Shown: positions 9,142 to 18,888, numbered from the stretch's first letter. The stretch: DNA of 64,000 nucleotides from Deltaproteobacteria bacterium (GCA_038150265.1 JAYOTF010000017.1:2870-66869); one strand, 5' to 3'. Translations and numbers: made by a program. Notes: generated by a model from the letters alone, not told the origin.

Positions 9142-10284
9142 CTACGGGGCGTATCCGGTCAGTTCAACATACCCCTGCCCCTGCACCGCCTGACCGCCTG
9201 CCGTTCCGGACACGTCCACGGCTCCTTCCCAGTAGTGAACCGACACCTGCAGCTCCTGATCGGGCTGAACCGGCTGCACGGTCAGCTGCAGCTGCCCATC
9301 TTCCGTCTCCAGCGTCCAGCCAGAAGGATAGGTCGCGCCTGTGTGCGGACTCGTCCACTGGTCTGTCGGTGTCAGGCTGACGTCCGTACGCGTCAGCTTC
9401 TGTGAGGAGCCGTCCGGAGCCACCCACACGCCGGCACTCGTCTGGTCAGGCGTGCCATCCTTGAGCCGGAGCTGGTAGTACATCACCTCGCTTCCATCAG
9501 AAAGCTGCAGGGCAAACCAGTCCCACCCGCTTTGTCCGGACTCGAGCGCACTGGTGCTCCACTCCCGGTCCATCCAACTGGTCCCCGACACCGCAAAGGT
9601 GGCCCCTCCAAGGGTAATGACCCCGTCTGCCTGAAGGCGGGTGTAGGAGTAGTAATACGAGGCGTTCCCCACTTCGGCGCCCTTCTGGCTCAGCCCCTGA
9701 TTGCCCTGCAGCACACGAGGCTTGCCTCCCACGAGGCTCAGCTCCAGCCGCACGCCTTCATCGGCTGCCACCAGCTTCATCGGCAGGTCCGGATCGGCCC
9801 CGTCTCCAGAGACCGTCCAGTCTTCCAGCCACACCCGAAACGGTGAGGCCTGCGCTCCAGCGAGCCCGCCTCCTGTGCGACTGAAGCGCTCAAAGAAGTA
9901 GAAGCGCTCCTCCTCGGGGTTGGTGAGGGCAAAGTGTCCCATGTACACCTGATTGGCCGCCCAGGTATTTTCCGAGGCCTCCTCCGGAACCGGAGCCAGG
10001 GCGTTCCGGAACAGCGTGAACTGGTACCCGAAGCGCCGACCTTCCGCAGTGAAGAGGTTTCCGGTGAAGTACCACCACTCGTTCCGGAATTCCGGATGCG
10101 GGCCATGATCTTCCGGGAAGACAAAGGGCCGGACCTCCACGGCGCGGGCATACCCCTCGCTGCTTCCGCCCAGGGCCTCTGCCACCTGCAACGCCGACTC
10201 TGCGGCACTGGGTTCCGGACGGTTCTCACACCCGGCCAGCAGCAGCACGGGAACCAGCCACATCAGCATTCCTTTCTTCATCAT
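9142..10284 (-). CDS. AttH-like / CrtC (hydroxyneurosporene synthase)-like lipocalin-fold lipoprotein
   Basis: Signal peptide with lipobox LLAGC. PEDHGPHPEFRNEWWYFTGNL is typical of AttH/CrtC-family proteins. The start overlaps the stop of the upstream permease (ATGA at 10281-10284). Confidence 0.75.
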   Translation of the reverse strand: MMKKGMLMWLVPVLLLAGCENRPEPSAAESALQVAEALGGSSEGYARAVEVRPFVFPEDHGPHPEFRNEWWYFTGNLFTAEGRRFGYQFTLFRNALAPVPEEASENTWAANQVYMGHFALTNPEEERFYFFERFSRTGGGLAGAQASPFRVWLEDWTVSGDGADPDLPMKLVAADEGVRLELSLVGGKPRVLQGNQGLSQKGAEVGNASYYYSYTRLQADGVITLGGATFAVSGTSWMDREWSTSALESGQSGWDWFALQLSDGSEVMYYQLRLKDGTPDQTSAGVWVAPDGSSQKLTRTDVSLTPTDQWTSPHTGATYPSGWTLETEDGQLQLTVQPVQPDQELQVSVHYWEGAVDVSGTAGGQAVQGQGYVELTGYAP

Positions 10285-12851
10285 TCCTCTCTCAAAGCAA
10301 GGGCGGCCGGAGTCGAGGCCATGCGCCACGCCGGGTACAGCCCCGCAAGCACCGCAGCGACCACCGCCAGCAGAACGCCTTCCAGCAGGGTTTGTTCCGA
10401 TACCACCGTGGGAAAGGTCCAGCCAAAGGACCGGCGGTTGATGACATGAATCAGCACACTCGCCAGCAGCACGCCCACCGGCATCGCCAGCACCCCGGCG
10501 ACCAGCCCCATCAGGCCACACTGCCCGGTCACCAAGGCCCAGAGCTGCCGAGGCGTCATGCCCGTTGCACGCAACACTCCCAGCTCGCGCTGGCGCTCCA
10601 GCTGCAAGGCCATCAGCGCGCTGAGCACGCCCACAAAGGCCACTCCGGCGACCAGTAGCTGCAGCACCCCCGTGATCGCAAAGGTCCGGTCGAAGATCGC
10701 CAGGCTCTGCTCCCGGAGGGTCGCATTCGAGCGGATGATCACATCCCGCGAGACGGTGCTTTCAGCAGCAGAGGACTTCCCGGCTTGCGCCAGGCGTTCC
10801 GTCAGGGTGCCAAGGACGGCCTCCACCGACTGCCCGGGCTCCAGGTGCAGCGCCATGGAATTGCTCCGGAAGTCCTGCCAGTGCTGCTCAAACTGGCTCC
10901 GGCTCATGAGGGCAAAGCCCCGCTCGGACGCATAGTCCAGGAAGACTCCGGAAATGAGGAACTCCAGCGGCCCCTCCGGAGTCGTCAGGGTCAGCCGGTC
11001 CCCCGCCTGAAGCTGCTCCCGGTACGCCAGCGGCTCCGAGATCACCACCCGTGGGGTGGTTTCAAAGTCGGTCCAGGCGCTGCGGCCCAGTTCCTCCTTG
11101 AAGCGGTAGGAGGCATATCCTTCTTCCGGCAGATTGAGCGCAATCACACGCAGCTCGCCCCGGTCCGACTCCACATTGGTGCCACGGTACCGGGTTGTGT
11201 AACGCACCCCCGGGGTCTCGGAGAGCACCTGCACCACCTCGTCATCCAGAAAGCTCTCGGAGCGGTTGGACACCAGCGCCGGTGGCGACACATACACGTC
11301 TGCCCAAAGCTGCGAACCCAGCCACTGGTGAACGGTGGTCCGGAAGCTTCCCACCATCACCTGCAGGCCAATTGCGGCGGCAACCGCAATCATCAGTGCC
11401 GCAATCGCCACTCCGGTGCGGCTCAGCTCAGCCTGCACGCCCCGGACGCTCATGGTGCCCAGCAGGCCCAGGCTCCGGCTGGCCAGTGGGTGGAGGAGCC
11501 GCATCAGCACCACCGTCACCAGTGGTGTCAGCAACGCCACTCCGACGAGCATGGAAAACAACCCCGTGTAGCTCACCGGCAGGCTGGCGGATTCCAGTCG
11601 CAGCAAAACGCCGCCGATCAGCATCAGCCCGCTCCCCAGCACCGCGGCTCCCACCTGCAGCCTCCGGTGTGACGACTCGGTGACGGAGCGCGTGAGGACT
11701 GTTTTCGGAGCAATTCCAGAGGCTTCCAACGCCGGAGGCAAAACCGCCAGCAGGGTAGCGCCCAAACCGAGCCCCAGGCCCTTGAGCAGGGACGTGCCCG
11801 CCAGGTTCACCTCCGTCACATTGAGGACAAAGTAGAGGTCGTTGATGGTTTGGGTGACCAGCCGGACCAGCTCCTGTGCCAGCGCAATGCCGCCGATCAG
11901 CCCCAGTGCGGTTCCCAACACGCCCACCACCAGCGCCTCGCCCAGCACCATGCCAAACACCTCGCGGCGGGTGATGCCCACCGCCCGGAGGCGTCCGAGC
12001 AGCGGGTAGCGCTGGACCACCGAAAACGTCATGGTGTTGTAGATCAGGAACATCCCCACGACCAGGGCCAGCAGGCTCAGGGCCTGGAGGTTGAGGCGGA
12101 AGGCTTCGGTCATCTTGGCTCCGGCATCCACCCGACTGGAGACCGGCTTCAGCTGCACCTCCGGAGGCAGCACCGCCTCAAAGCGCTGAAGCAACTCGGG
12201 CTGCTCTTGAGGAATGAGCACGTCAATGCGGCTCAACCGGCCTTCCAGCCCCAGCACCGTCTGAGCGACCGAAAGGTCCGTCAGCAGCAGGTTCCTCAGC
12301 GCCTGTCGGTTGAATTCGTTTTCCGGGTTCAGGAGCGCAATGAGGGTCAGGGGGTGGGTTTGGCTCCCGACCCGGACCTCGAGGCGGTCTCCCACGCTCA
12401 CGCCCAGCTGTTCGGCGGTTCCAGAGGAAAGCACCAGGGCGTTGGGCTCCGTGAGCAGCTTCGCCAGGGTGCCGTCGGCCCCGATTCCTGCGAGGTAGGG
12501 ACGAAACGGCGCCTCGGCAAAGGGGTCGACTCCCAGCAGTTGAAAGGCCTGCCCCGCCTGCTGGGTGAGCCCCACGTAGCCTTCAACAATGGGCGCCGTC
12601 TGCCGCAGTTGATGATCACGCCTCAAGGAGACGTAGAGCTGTTCCGGGAGTTCGCCGTCGGCGGAAAGAATCTGGTGGGTGGCCCGTCCGCTGACGCTCT
12701 CGACCGACAGCTCAAACGAACGAATGGCACTGGCATTGGTCAGGTCCACAGAGAGGACGACCGCCACTCCGAGCGCGACCCCCAGCACCGACAGGCCAAA
12801 CTGCCAGGGGTGCCGCAGGAGGTGCCGCCAGCTCGAGAAGAAGAGAAGCAT
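10281..12851 (-). CDS. ABC-transporter permease, double FtsX-domain (MacB/AttF-G type)
   Basis: 856 aa with two FtsX-like four-TM modules, each preceded by a large extracytoplasmic domain. N-terminal LRHPWQFGLSVLGVALGVAV is typical of this family. Confidence 0.85.
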   Translation of the reverse strand: MLLFFSSWRHLLRHPWQFGLSVLGVALGVAVVLSVDLTNASAIRSFELSVESVSGRATHQILSADGELPEQLYVSLRRDHQLRQTAPIVEGYVGLTQQAGQAFQLLGVDPFAEAPFRPYLAGIGADGTLAKLLTEPNALVLSSGTAEQLGVSVGDRLEVRVGSQTHPLTLIALLNPENEFNRQALRNLLLTDLSVAQTVLGLEGRLSRIDVLIPQEQPELLQRFEAVLPPEVQLKPVSSRVDAGAKMTEAFRLNLQALSLLALVVGMFLIYNTMTFSVVQRYPLLGRLRAVGITRREVFGMVLGEALVVGVLGTALGLIGGIALAQELVRLVTQTINDLYFVLNVTEVNLAGTSLLKGLGLGLGATLLAVLPPALEASGIAPKTVLTRSVTESSHRRLQVGAAVLGSGLMLIGGVLLRLESASLPVSYTGLFSMLVGVALLTPLVTVVLMRLLHPLASRSLGLLGTMSVRGVQAELSRTGVAIAALMIAVAAAIGLQVMVGSFRTTVHQWLGSQLWADVYVSPPALVSNRSESFLDDEVVQVLSETPGVRYTTRYRGTNVESDRGELRVIALNLPEEGYASYRFKEELGRSAWTDFETTPRVVISEPLAYREQLQAGDRLTLTTPEGPLEFLISGVFLDYASERGFALMSRSQFEQHWQDFRSNSMALHLEPGQSVEAVLGTLTERLAQAGKSSAAESTVSRDVIIRSNATLREQSLAIFDRTFAITGVLQLLVAGVAFVGVLSALMALQLERQRELGVLRATGMTPRQLWALVTGQCGLMGLVAGVLAMPVGVLLASVLIHVINRRSFGWTFPTVVSEQTLLEGVLLAVVAAVLAGLYPAWRMASTPAALALREE

Positions 12852-13217
12852 GGAGGTTCCGATGAAGCAGTTTCACAGGGTTTCGGCCAACGGCGTCGCG
12901 TTGGCTCTGCCCCACTTCAGCTCCGGAAAGCCGGGTGGTTCCAGGAAAAAATCAATGGCAGAAAAAACATTGTGAAAGCGCGTGCGGCGATTGCAACCCC
13001 AAAACGCAGGGGGGCCTCCGATTCCCCTCCCAGCCCCTCAAAATTCTGACAGGATGAGGTGTCCCACCTTTTGCATGATTCTTCATTGCAGACCAGATCC
13101 GGAACCAAGTCCATCGGTTCAATTGCGGACTTGACCAACTCTTTCACGGTCTGTAAAACTGGCCTCAAGAGTTATTGCCTGAGGTCCTCCTCAATCCTAA
13201 GCCCTTAAAGCTTCATC

Positions 13218-13451
13218 ATGAACCGCACCCTGCTTCTGGCGATCATCGGCGTTCTTTCGTACCTGGTCGTTCTCATTCCCGGTTACTTCTTCCTTCCCCA
13301 AGATTCTGACCCTGCGATGGAGGAGATGATGGATCCAGGGATCGCTCCTCCGGGGGCAGAGACCCTGATCATTTCCCCAGGCCCTGCACCGAATCCCGGA
13401 GCCGCCCCCTTACTGGTTGAGCCCGGACCTCCGCCCGCTCCTCAGGAGTAG
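13218..13451 (+). CDS. Hypothetical small membrane protein with Pro-rich tail
   Basis: 77-aa ORF with an N-terminal TM (LLLAIIGVLSYLVVLIPGYFF) and a Pro/Gly-rich C-terminus. No family recognised. Confidence 0.4.
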   Translation: MNRTLLLAIIGVLSYLVVLIPGYFFLPQDSDPAMEEMMDPGIAPPGAETLIISPGPAPNPGAAPLLVEPGPPPAPQE

Positions 13452-13520
13452 GCCCTTCGTTTCAGACCCATGAAGCCTGGCTTCATGCTTATTTCAAACC
13501 TTTAGCTCATGGAGGCCGCA

Positions 13521-13814
13521 ATGTCGGTACACATTACGTTCAACAACATTCGCAACTCGAATGCCGTCGAAGAACACGTCAATGAGCAGTTCAAGGACTT
13601 GCTGAAGATCACCGACAGCAAGTACCCGTTTCACGTGACCATGAGCAAGGACAAGGACCGCGAGTTACACGAGGTCCACATCCACTGCAGCTTCAACCAC
13701 AAGCCACTGGCCAGCAGCGCTGAGCATGAGAACCTCTACAAAGCCCTCTCCAAGAGCATTGACGCCATGCGCTCGCAGGTGATCAAGCGCTCCGAAAAAC
13801 TCCGGAACACCTAA
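13521..13814 (+). CDS. hpf: Ribosome hibernation promoting factor / RaiA (sigma-54 modulation protein) family, short form
   Basis: MSVHITFNNIRNSNAVEEHVNEQF...ENLYKALSKSIDAMRSQVIKRSEK matches the HPF/YfiA pattern. GGAGG lies about 5 nt before ATG 13521. Confidence 0.8.
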   Translation: MSVHITFNNIRNSNAVEEHVNEQFKDLLKITDSKYPFHVTMSKDKDRELHEVHIHCSFNHKPLASSAEHENLYKALSKSIDAMRSQVIKRSEKLRNT

Positions 13815-13822
13815 GCGCCTCC

Positions 13823-13844
13823 GAGGCCCGGGAAACCGGGCCTC
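13823..13844 (+). terminator. Perfect 9-bp GC-rich stem with GAAA loop immediately after the hpf stop; no U-tract
   Basis: gaggcccgg-gaaa-ccgggcctc read directly, starting 9 nt after the TAA at 13812-13814. Confidence 0.35.
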
Positions 13845-13863
13845 CTGCCACCAACACCTCAAC

Positions 13864-14334
13864 ATGAAGCGACTGTCTCTCGGGTTACTGATCGGAATCG
13901 GCATCACCACGTCGGCCTGGGCCGGCTGTGACGGATCGGGCATGATGGGCGCCACGCAGGAGAACCCCATCGTCTCCACCGTGGACCTGAGCTTTTCTCC
14001 CACCTATTCCGTGTCTTCCACCTCCGGAACCTCAGGCTGCAAGAACTGGGACTTCGCGCGCTACCTTGAGGAAGAGCGCGAACGCTACCTGGCTTCCAAC
14101 AAGAGGGACCTGCTGGAAAACATTGCTCAGGGAGCAGGGCCCCACCTGCAGGCCTTCTCTCAGCTGGCCGGGTGTGTGCTTCCGGAGCCGGCCCTGAACC
14201 AGCTGACGCGACAGCATCAGGCTTCACTGGAAGCCGCTATCCACACCTCTTCGGCCACAGCCTGGACCCAATGGGTCGGCTGGACGAAGGCTTCCTTTCC
14301 CAACGCCTCCTACTGCGCCAACGCCTCCTCATGA
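13864..14334 (+). CDS. Small secreted Cys-containing protein, paralog 1 (possibly DUF3015-like)
   Basis: Signal peptide ending AWA. Motifs ENP..S.VDLSFSPTY, STSGTSGC and GAGPHLQAFSQLAGC are shared with the next ORF. Confidence 0.6.
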   Translation: MKRLSLGLLIGIGITTSAWAGCDGSGMMGATQENPIVSTVDLSFSPTYSVSSTSGTSGCKNWDFARYLEEERERYLASNKRDLLENIAQGAGPHLQAFSQLAGCVLPEPALNQLTRQHQASLEAAIHTSSATAWTQWVGWTKASFPNASYCANASS

Positions 14335-14762
14335 AACCGCTACTGCTGATGTTCCTGTTGCTGGGTGGAAGCCTGTCAACGGCCTGGGCCTGTCATCAGG
14401 GAGGGCCCATGGGCTTTGCCTCGGAAAACCCGGGGATGTTCAGTGTCGACCTGACCCTCTCGCCGACCTTTGCCGCCGCGAGCACCTCTGGGACATCAGG
14501 CTGCCAGCAGTGGCACTACGCCCAGGAGCAGGATCGCTTTCTGGAAACTCAATGGGAGCAGCTGGCGCAGGAAAGCGCCCAGGGAGGTGGACCCCACCTG
14601 ATGGCCCTGTCTCGCTTGATGGGATGCTCAGAAGTCCGTTGGACCGAAGGGCTCCGGGAGATGCCGGAGTTCTTTCTGGCTGCCCAGGCCCCAGCGGGTG
14701 CCTCCGACCACCTGCGGCACCAGGCCCAGCAGTGGAACTGCCGCCTTCCTCACTCACGTTAA
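14331..14762 (+). CDS. Small secreted Cys-containing protein, paralog 2 (possibly DUF3015-like)
   Basis: Signal peptide MKPLLLMFLLLGGSLSTAWA. Motifs SVDLTLSPTF, STSGTSGC and GGGPHLMALSRLMGC. ATGA overlap with paralog 1. Confidence 0.6.
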   Translation: MKPLLLMFLLLGGSLSTAWACHQGGPMGFASENPGMFSVDLTLSPTFAAASTSGTSGCQQWHYAQEQDRFLETQWEQLAQESAQGGGPHLMALSRLMGCSEVRWTEGLREMPEFFLAAQAPAGASDHLRHQAQQWNCRLPHSR

Positions 14763-14790
14763 CGCAACCCCTTACCTCTCAGGAGCCCCC

Positions 14791-14880
14791 ATGGATTCAA
14801 TGATGCGACTGGTTGTCGCCGGAGCCATCATCCTCGTTTTCTTCTGGATCCTGAAACTGCTCGGCATTGAATTGATGTAG
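14791..14880 (+). CDS. Candidate 29-aa hydrophobic peptide
   Basis: MDSMMRLVVAGAIILVFFWILKLLGIELM, preceded by AGGAG at 14781-14785. Very short, so weakly supported. Confidence 0.25.
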   Translation: MDSMMRLVVAGAIILVFFWILKLLGIELM

Positions 14881-14888
14881 GAGCCGGC

Positions 14889-15722
14889 TCAGTTGAGCAG
14901 CTGAGGCTGCTCTGCCAGCCAGTCCCGCAGCTTCCGGAAGGAAGGCGCTGTGACGTGCTCGGGCATGGCCTCCAGGAAGCGCCCAATGTCCTCAGCCGCC
15001 TCGGCATAGCACTCCAGCCGATAATACAGGTAGCCTCGCTCTCGCCAATCCATCGGCGACCCGGGGTGGAGCAGGAGCATCCGGTCCACGCAAAAAAGCG
15101 CCCCCTGGTACTCGTTACGGCTCAGGCTTGAGGACTTGAGGTTGTTCAGCATCCGACGCAGCACCTCGCGGGTGGAAGCCGGACGCAGGTGGTCCGGAGA
15201 CAGCGTCTCCGCCATCCCCCGCATGCGCTGCAGCAGGTTGAGCACGTCCTCGGGTTCCAGCTTTTTTCCGGAAAAGGGGTCAAACAGCGGGCCGCCCCAG
15301 CCGTTCCCCCGAACCAGGAAGTGCCCGGGAAAGTTGATGCCCTCGGCTTCCAGTCCCAGGCGATGCGCCACTTCGGTCAGCACCAGGGCAAGTGTGATGG
15401 GAATGCCGGTGCGGCGTTCCAGCACTTGATCAATGCAACTGTTCCGCACATCGTAGTAATCACCCGTGTCCCCCTGAAACCGCAGGGAGCCATAAAGCAG
15501 CTTCGTCAGGCGCTCCAGGGCAGGGCGGGCGCCGGAAGGGTCCAGCACCTGAGGCGCCAGCTCGGCGGCCAGGTCATCCAGTTGTGCCTGGCAAGCCGCC
15601 AACGAGGCCGAAGGAGAAAAGCCCTGAGCGATCAACACCGCTCCCGGAAGCCACTCAAGGTGTTCGTCCGGAAGCGCAGCCAGCTCAGCGAATTCGTCCC
15701 GGTTTTCCCAAACATTCATCAT
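14889..15722 (-). CDS. SirB1/YchA-like protein (transglutaminase-like N-domain plus TPR-like C-domain)
   Basis: YYDVRNSCIDQVLERRTGIPITLALVLTEVAHRLGL...INFPGHFLVR is characteristic of the SirB1 N-terminal family. Confidence 0.7.
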   Translation of the reverse strand: MMNVWENRDEFAELAALPDEHLEWLPGAVLIAQGFSPSASLAACQAQLDDLAAELAPQVLDPSGARPALERLTKLLYGSLRFQGDTGDYYDVRNSCIDQVLERRTGIPITLALVLTEVAHRLGLEAEGINFPGHFLVRGNGWGGPLFDPFSGKKLEPEDVLNLLQRMRGMAETLSPDHLRPASTREVLRRMLNNLKSSSLSRNEYQGALFCVDRMLLLHPGSPMDWRERGYLYYRLECYAEAAEDIGRFLEAMPEHVTAPSFRKLRDWLAEQPQLLN

Positions 15723-15787
15723 TTTTACGTCTCAACACAATCGCTCAGCCGCCCCCATTTCCCGCTGAGCCTCCAACAAGTTTGCTC

Positions 15788-16270
15788 ATGGCCCTTCATA
15801 CTCAGCTAGTAGACTACCACAATCCTCAGCAGGCACGCGAACTTCTCGACCTGCTCAACGCCTACGCCGAGGATCCGACCGGAGGCGGCACCCCGCTTCC
15901 GGAAGCCACCCGAGCGAACCTGGCCCCTGCCCTGGCCGCCTTTCCGGGGGCCTTCAGTGTCATCGCGTACCACGATGAGGCTCCAGTGGGCCTGATCAAC
16001 TGCTTCATGGGCTTCTCGACCTTTGCCGCCCAGCCTCTGGTCAACCTCCACGACGTCGTGGTGCTCGCCGGGTTCCGGAAGCAGGGCATTGCCCAACAGA
16101 TGCTGAAACACGTCGAAGCCCTTGCCCGTGAACGCGGATGCTGCAAGCTGACGCTGGAAGTGCTGGCCCACAATCACCCCGCCCGCACCGCCTACGAACG
16201 CTTTGGGTTCCAGGGGTACGAATTGGATCCGGAGCTGGGCAGTGCCCTGTTTTTTCAAAAGAAGCTGTAG
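15788..16270 (+). CDS. GNAT family N-acetyltransferase
   Basis: Acetyl-CoA binding motif A: VVVLAGFRKQGIAQQML...ERFGF. Confidence 0.8.
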   Translation: MALHTQLVDYHNPQQARELLDLLNAYAEDPTGGGTPLPEATRANLAPALAAFPGAFSVIAYHDEAPVGLINCFMGFSTFAAQPLVNLHDVVVLAGFRKQGIAQQMLKHVEALARERGCCKLTLEVLAHNHPARTAYERFGFQGYELDPELGSALFFQKKL

Positions 16271-16275
16271 CCCCT

Positions 16276-17421
16276 ATGCGCATCCTCATTGGGAGCAACG
16301 TCCACTGGTGGAACGCCGAGGCCGCCTATGCCGCCACCGTCGCAGAAGCCCTTCAGGAAGCCGGACACGACGTTTGGGTGCTCACGCGTCCGAACTCGCT
16401 GAATGCCGAGCACCTGCAGGCCCGGAAGCTCCGGTTGGTGACACACCTCAACCTCAACACCAACTCGCCGCTGGAGCTGTTCCGGAGCTACCGACGGCTG
16501 CTCCGTTTTCTGCAGGAAAACCGGATTGAGCTGGTCAACGCCCACCGCTCCGAAGGCTTCCCGCTTTACGTCCTGGCACGACGCCGGCTCCGTTCCTTTC
16601 ACCTCATCCGGACGCGTGGCACCACCCGGTCCGTCCGGGGGCACTGGTTGGACCAGAAGCTTCACTGCGAGTGGACCGACGCCACCATTGCAGCCGGAGA
16701 GGTCGTGGCTACGCGGCTCCGGAACGCCGTTCCCCTGCCTCCGGAACGCCTGCGGGTCATCTACTACCCGGTGCCGCTGCCCGAGTGGCCCCCGGCCTTT
16801 CCCGAACACCGCTACCGAGATGAGTTCCGGATTCCTCCGGACCATCAGGTGCTGGCGATTGTCGGCCGCATCCGGCAGGAGAAGGGGCACCGCCTGCTGC
16901 TCCGTGCCTTCCGGGAGGTGCTGAAGGAGGTCCCCAAGCTGGTGCTCCTCATCCTCTACCGCGACACCGAGCCCGAGGAGCCCGAAATGGTCGCGGTTCA
17001 GGCGGAAGTGCGGCGCCTGCAGCTGGAAAATCACGTACGCTTTGATGCTGAACGACCGGACATTTTGCCGCTGATGCACTTTGCCGATGCCGGCGTGGTC
17101 AGTTCCATTGACTCCGAGGTCATTTGCCGCGTGGCCGTCGAGTTCTTCTCGGTTGGAACCCCGGTGGCCGCTGTGCCCACAGGGTGCCTCCCGGAGATCA
17201 TCCGCGATGGCATCAACGGCACCCTCGCCTGGGGCGACACCCCACAGGCCCTTGCCGAAGCGCTGATCCGGCTGCTCAAGGACCGCCCCTACTGCCGCGA
17301 GCGAGGACGCCTGGCTCGCCAGGACGCCGAGGAACGCTTCACCATCCCGCGCATGCTCCGGGAAACGCTGGACGTGTACCACCAGGCGATGCGTCCGGAG
17401 CCTCCGGATGAACGCCCCTGA
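16276..17421 (+). CDS. Glycosyltransferase family 4 (GT-B, GT1-type)
   Basis: MRILIGSNVHWW... N-domain. The C-domain has AIVGRIRQEKGH and an E(x7)E-like region (SIDSEVICRVAVEFFSVGTPV). Confidence 0.85.
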   Translation: MRILIGSNVHWWNAEAAYAATVAEALQEAGHDVWVLTRPNSLNAEHLQARKLRLVTHLNLNTNSPLELFRSYRRLLRFLQENRIELVNAHRSEGFPLYVLARRRLRSFHLIRTRGTTRSVRGHWLDQKLHCEWTDATIAAGEVVATRLRNAVPLPPERLRVIYYPVPLPEWPPAFPEHRYRDEFRIPPDHQVLAIVGRIRQEKGHRLLLRAFREVLKEVPKLVLLILYRDTEPEEPEMVAVQAEVRRLQLENHVRFDAERPDILPLMHFADAGVVSSIDSEVICRVAVEFFSVGTPVAAVPTGCLPEIIRDGINGTLAWGDTPQALAEALIRLLKDRPYCRERGRLARQDAEERFTIPRMLRETLDVYHQAMRPEPPDERP

Positions 17422-18820
17422 CCGCACTTTTCCGTCACGACTGCTCCCGCACTTCATGAACCCGTTGCTTGCCCCCCGCTTTCCGTTTGACCCTGCCCGT
17501 GTGCCATTTTTCTACGGATGGTGGATCCTCGTGGTCACCACCGTGGGCATGCTCGCCAGCATCCCGGGACAGACCATGGGCGTGGGCGTCTTCACGGAGC
17601 ACCTGCTGCAGGAGTCCGGACTTGGGCGGCTGGAAATCAGCATGGCCTACATGGTGGGAACCATTGCCAGCAGCCTGCTGATTCCGCTGGGCGGACGCTT
17701 GCTCGACCAATGGGGGTCGCGAGTGATGATCGTGTTCGCAGGGGTCGGACTCGCAGGGGCCCTGTTTCTGCTGCGGCACACCGCGACGCTGCTCGGTTGG
17801 ACTCAAGGCGCCGCCTCGCTCCTGCCCGCCACCTGGGTCAGCCTCGCGGTGCTGTCTGTGCTGTTTTTGCTGCTCCGGCAGTTTGGGCAGGGGCTCATGA
17901 CCATGGTCAGCCGCACCGTGCTTTCCAAGTGGTTTGACCGCCGGCGGGGGCTGGCCACCGGACTGAATGGGGTGCTCGTGTCCTTCGGGTTTTCCTCGGC
18001 GCCGCTGCTGCTCAATACCCTCATCCAGCAAAATGGGCCTGCAGAAACCCTGCTGCTGCTCGCAGTGACCTGCGGACTCGGCATCGCCGCATGGGGCTGG
18101 CTCTTCTTCCGGGATCAGCCGGAAGACTGCGGGTTGCTCATGGACGGCGAATCACAGGAAACCCGAGACTCGGCTCCCCGTTCCCGGAACACTGCAGCAG
18201 TCGATGTGCCCCTGGAAGACGTCCGGAGGAGCTACACCTTCTGGATCTTCACACTCGGCATGGCCTCTTCGGCGCTGATTGTCACCGGCTTCACCTTTCA
18301 CATTGCCTCCATCGGTGAACATGCCGGCCTGAGCCGTCAGGAAATCTACTCCGTCTTTGTGCCCATCTCGGTCATCAGCGTGGGCGCGCACTTCCTGTCC
18401 GGGTGGCTGAGTGACCGCATTCCCCTCAAGTACCTGCTGATGGTGCTGGTGGCCATGCTGGCGCTGGGGAGCCTGGGGATCCTCCACCTGGAGACAGCGT
18501 GGGGCCGGGTGCTCCTGATGATCGGATATGGCGTGCAGGGGGGCGTCTGGGGCTGCCTGTCGGTGGTGGCGTGGCCTCGCTTTTACGGACGCAAGTACCT
18601 CGGAGCGATCTCGGGGCTCTTCATGGGCGTGGTCGTCTTTTCGAGTGCGATTGGTCCGGCGGTGTTTGGGCTGTCAGACAAGCTGACGGGCAGCTATGCC
18701 GGCTCAGCCTGGGCGGCGGTGGCCCTCAACCTGCTGCTCTTCCTGGGGGCCTTCCGGGCCCAGACCATGCTGACGGCTCCGCCCGCTGTGGCTCCGGACT
18801 CGGGGAATCTTTCCTCTTGA
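17408..18820 (+). CDS. MFS transporter (oxalate/formate-antiporter-like architecture)
   Basis: 12 predicted TMs with [13 protein letters not shown] (motif A-like). ATG 17408 overlaps the GT4 3' end. The alternative start at 17456 (MNPLLAPRF...) is equally plausible. Confidence 0.8.
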   Translation: MNAPDRTFPSRLLPHFMNPLLAPRFPFDPARVPFFYGWWILVVTTVGMLASIPGQTMGVGVFTEHLLQESGLGRLEISMAYMVGTIASSLLIPLGGRLLDQWGSRVMIVFAGVGLAGALFLLRHTATLLGWTQGAASLLPATWVSLAVLSVLFLLLRQFGQGLMTMVSRTVLSKWFDRRRGLATGLNGVLVSFGFSSAPLLLNTLIQQNGPAETLLLLAVTCGLGIAAWGWLFFRDQPEDCGLLMDGESQETRDSAPRSRNTAAVDVPLEDVRRSYTFWIFTLGMASSALIVTGFTFHIASIGEHAGLSRQEIYSVFVPISVISVGAHFLSGWLSDRIPLKYLLMVLVAMLALGSLGILHLETAWGRVLLMIGYGVQGGVWGCLSVVAWPRFYGRKYLGAISGLFMGVVVFSSAIGPAVFGLSDKLTGSYAGSAWAAVALNLLLFLGAFRAQTMLTAPPAVAPDSGNLSS

Positions 18821-18888
18821 GAAAACGGGGCCAGCCCCCTATTCTATCCAGTTTGGTCCAAGACTTTCTCCTCCTCCAACAACCATCC

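Noticed and set aside
12917-13168. An 83-aa minus-strand ORF lies in the gap upstream of the FtsX permease. I considered it as the position of the missing ABC ATPase or another small gene.
   Set aside because: It has no Walker motifs, atypical lower-GC composition, no family resemblance and no ribosome-binding site. It is more likely promoter DNA.
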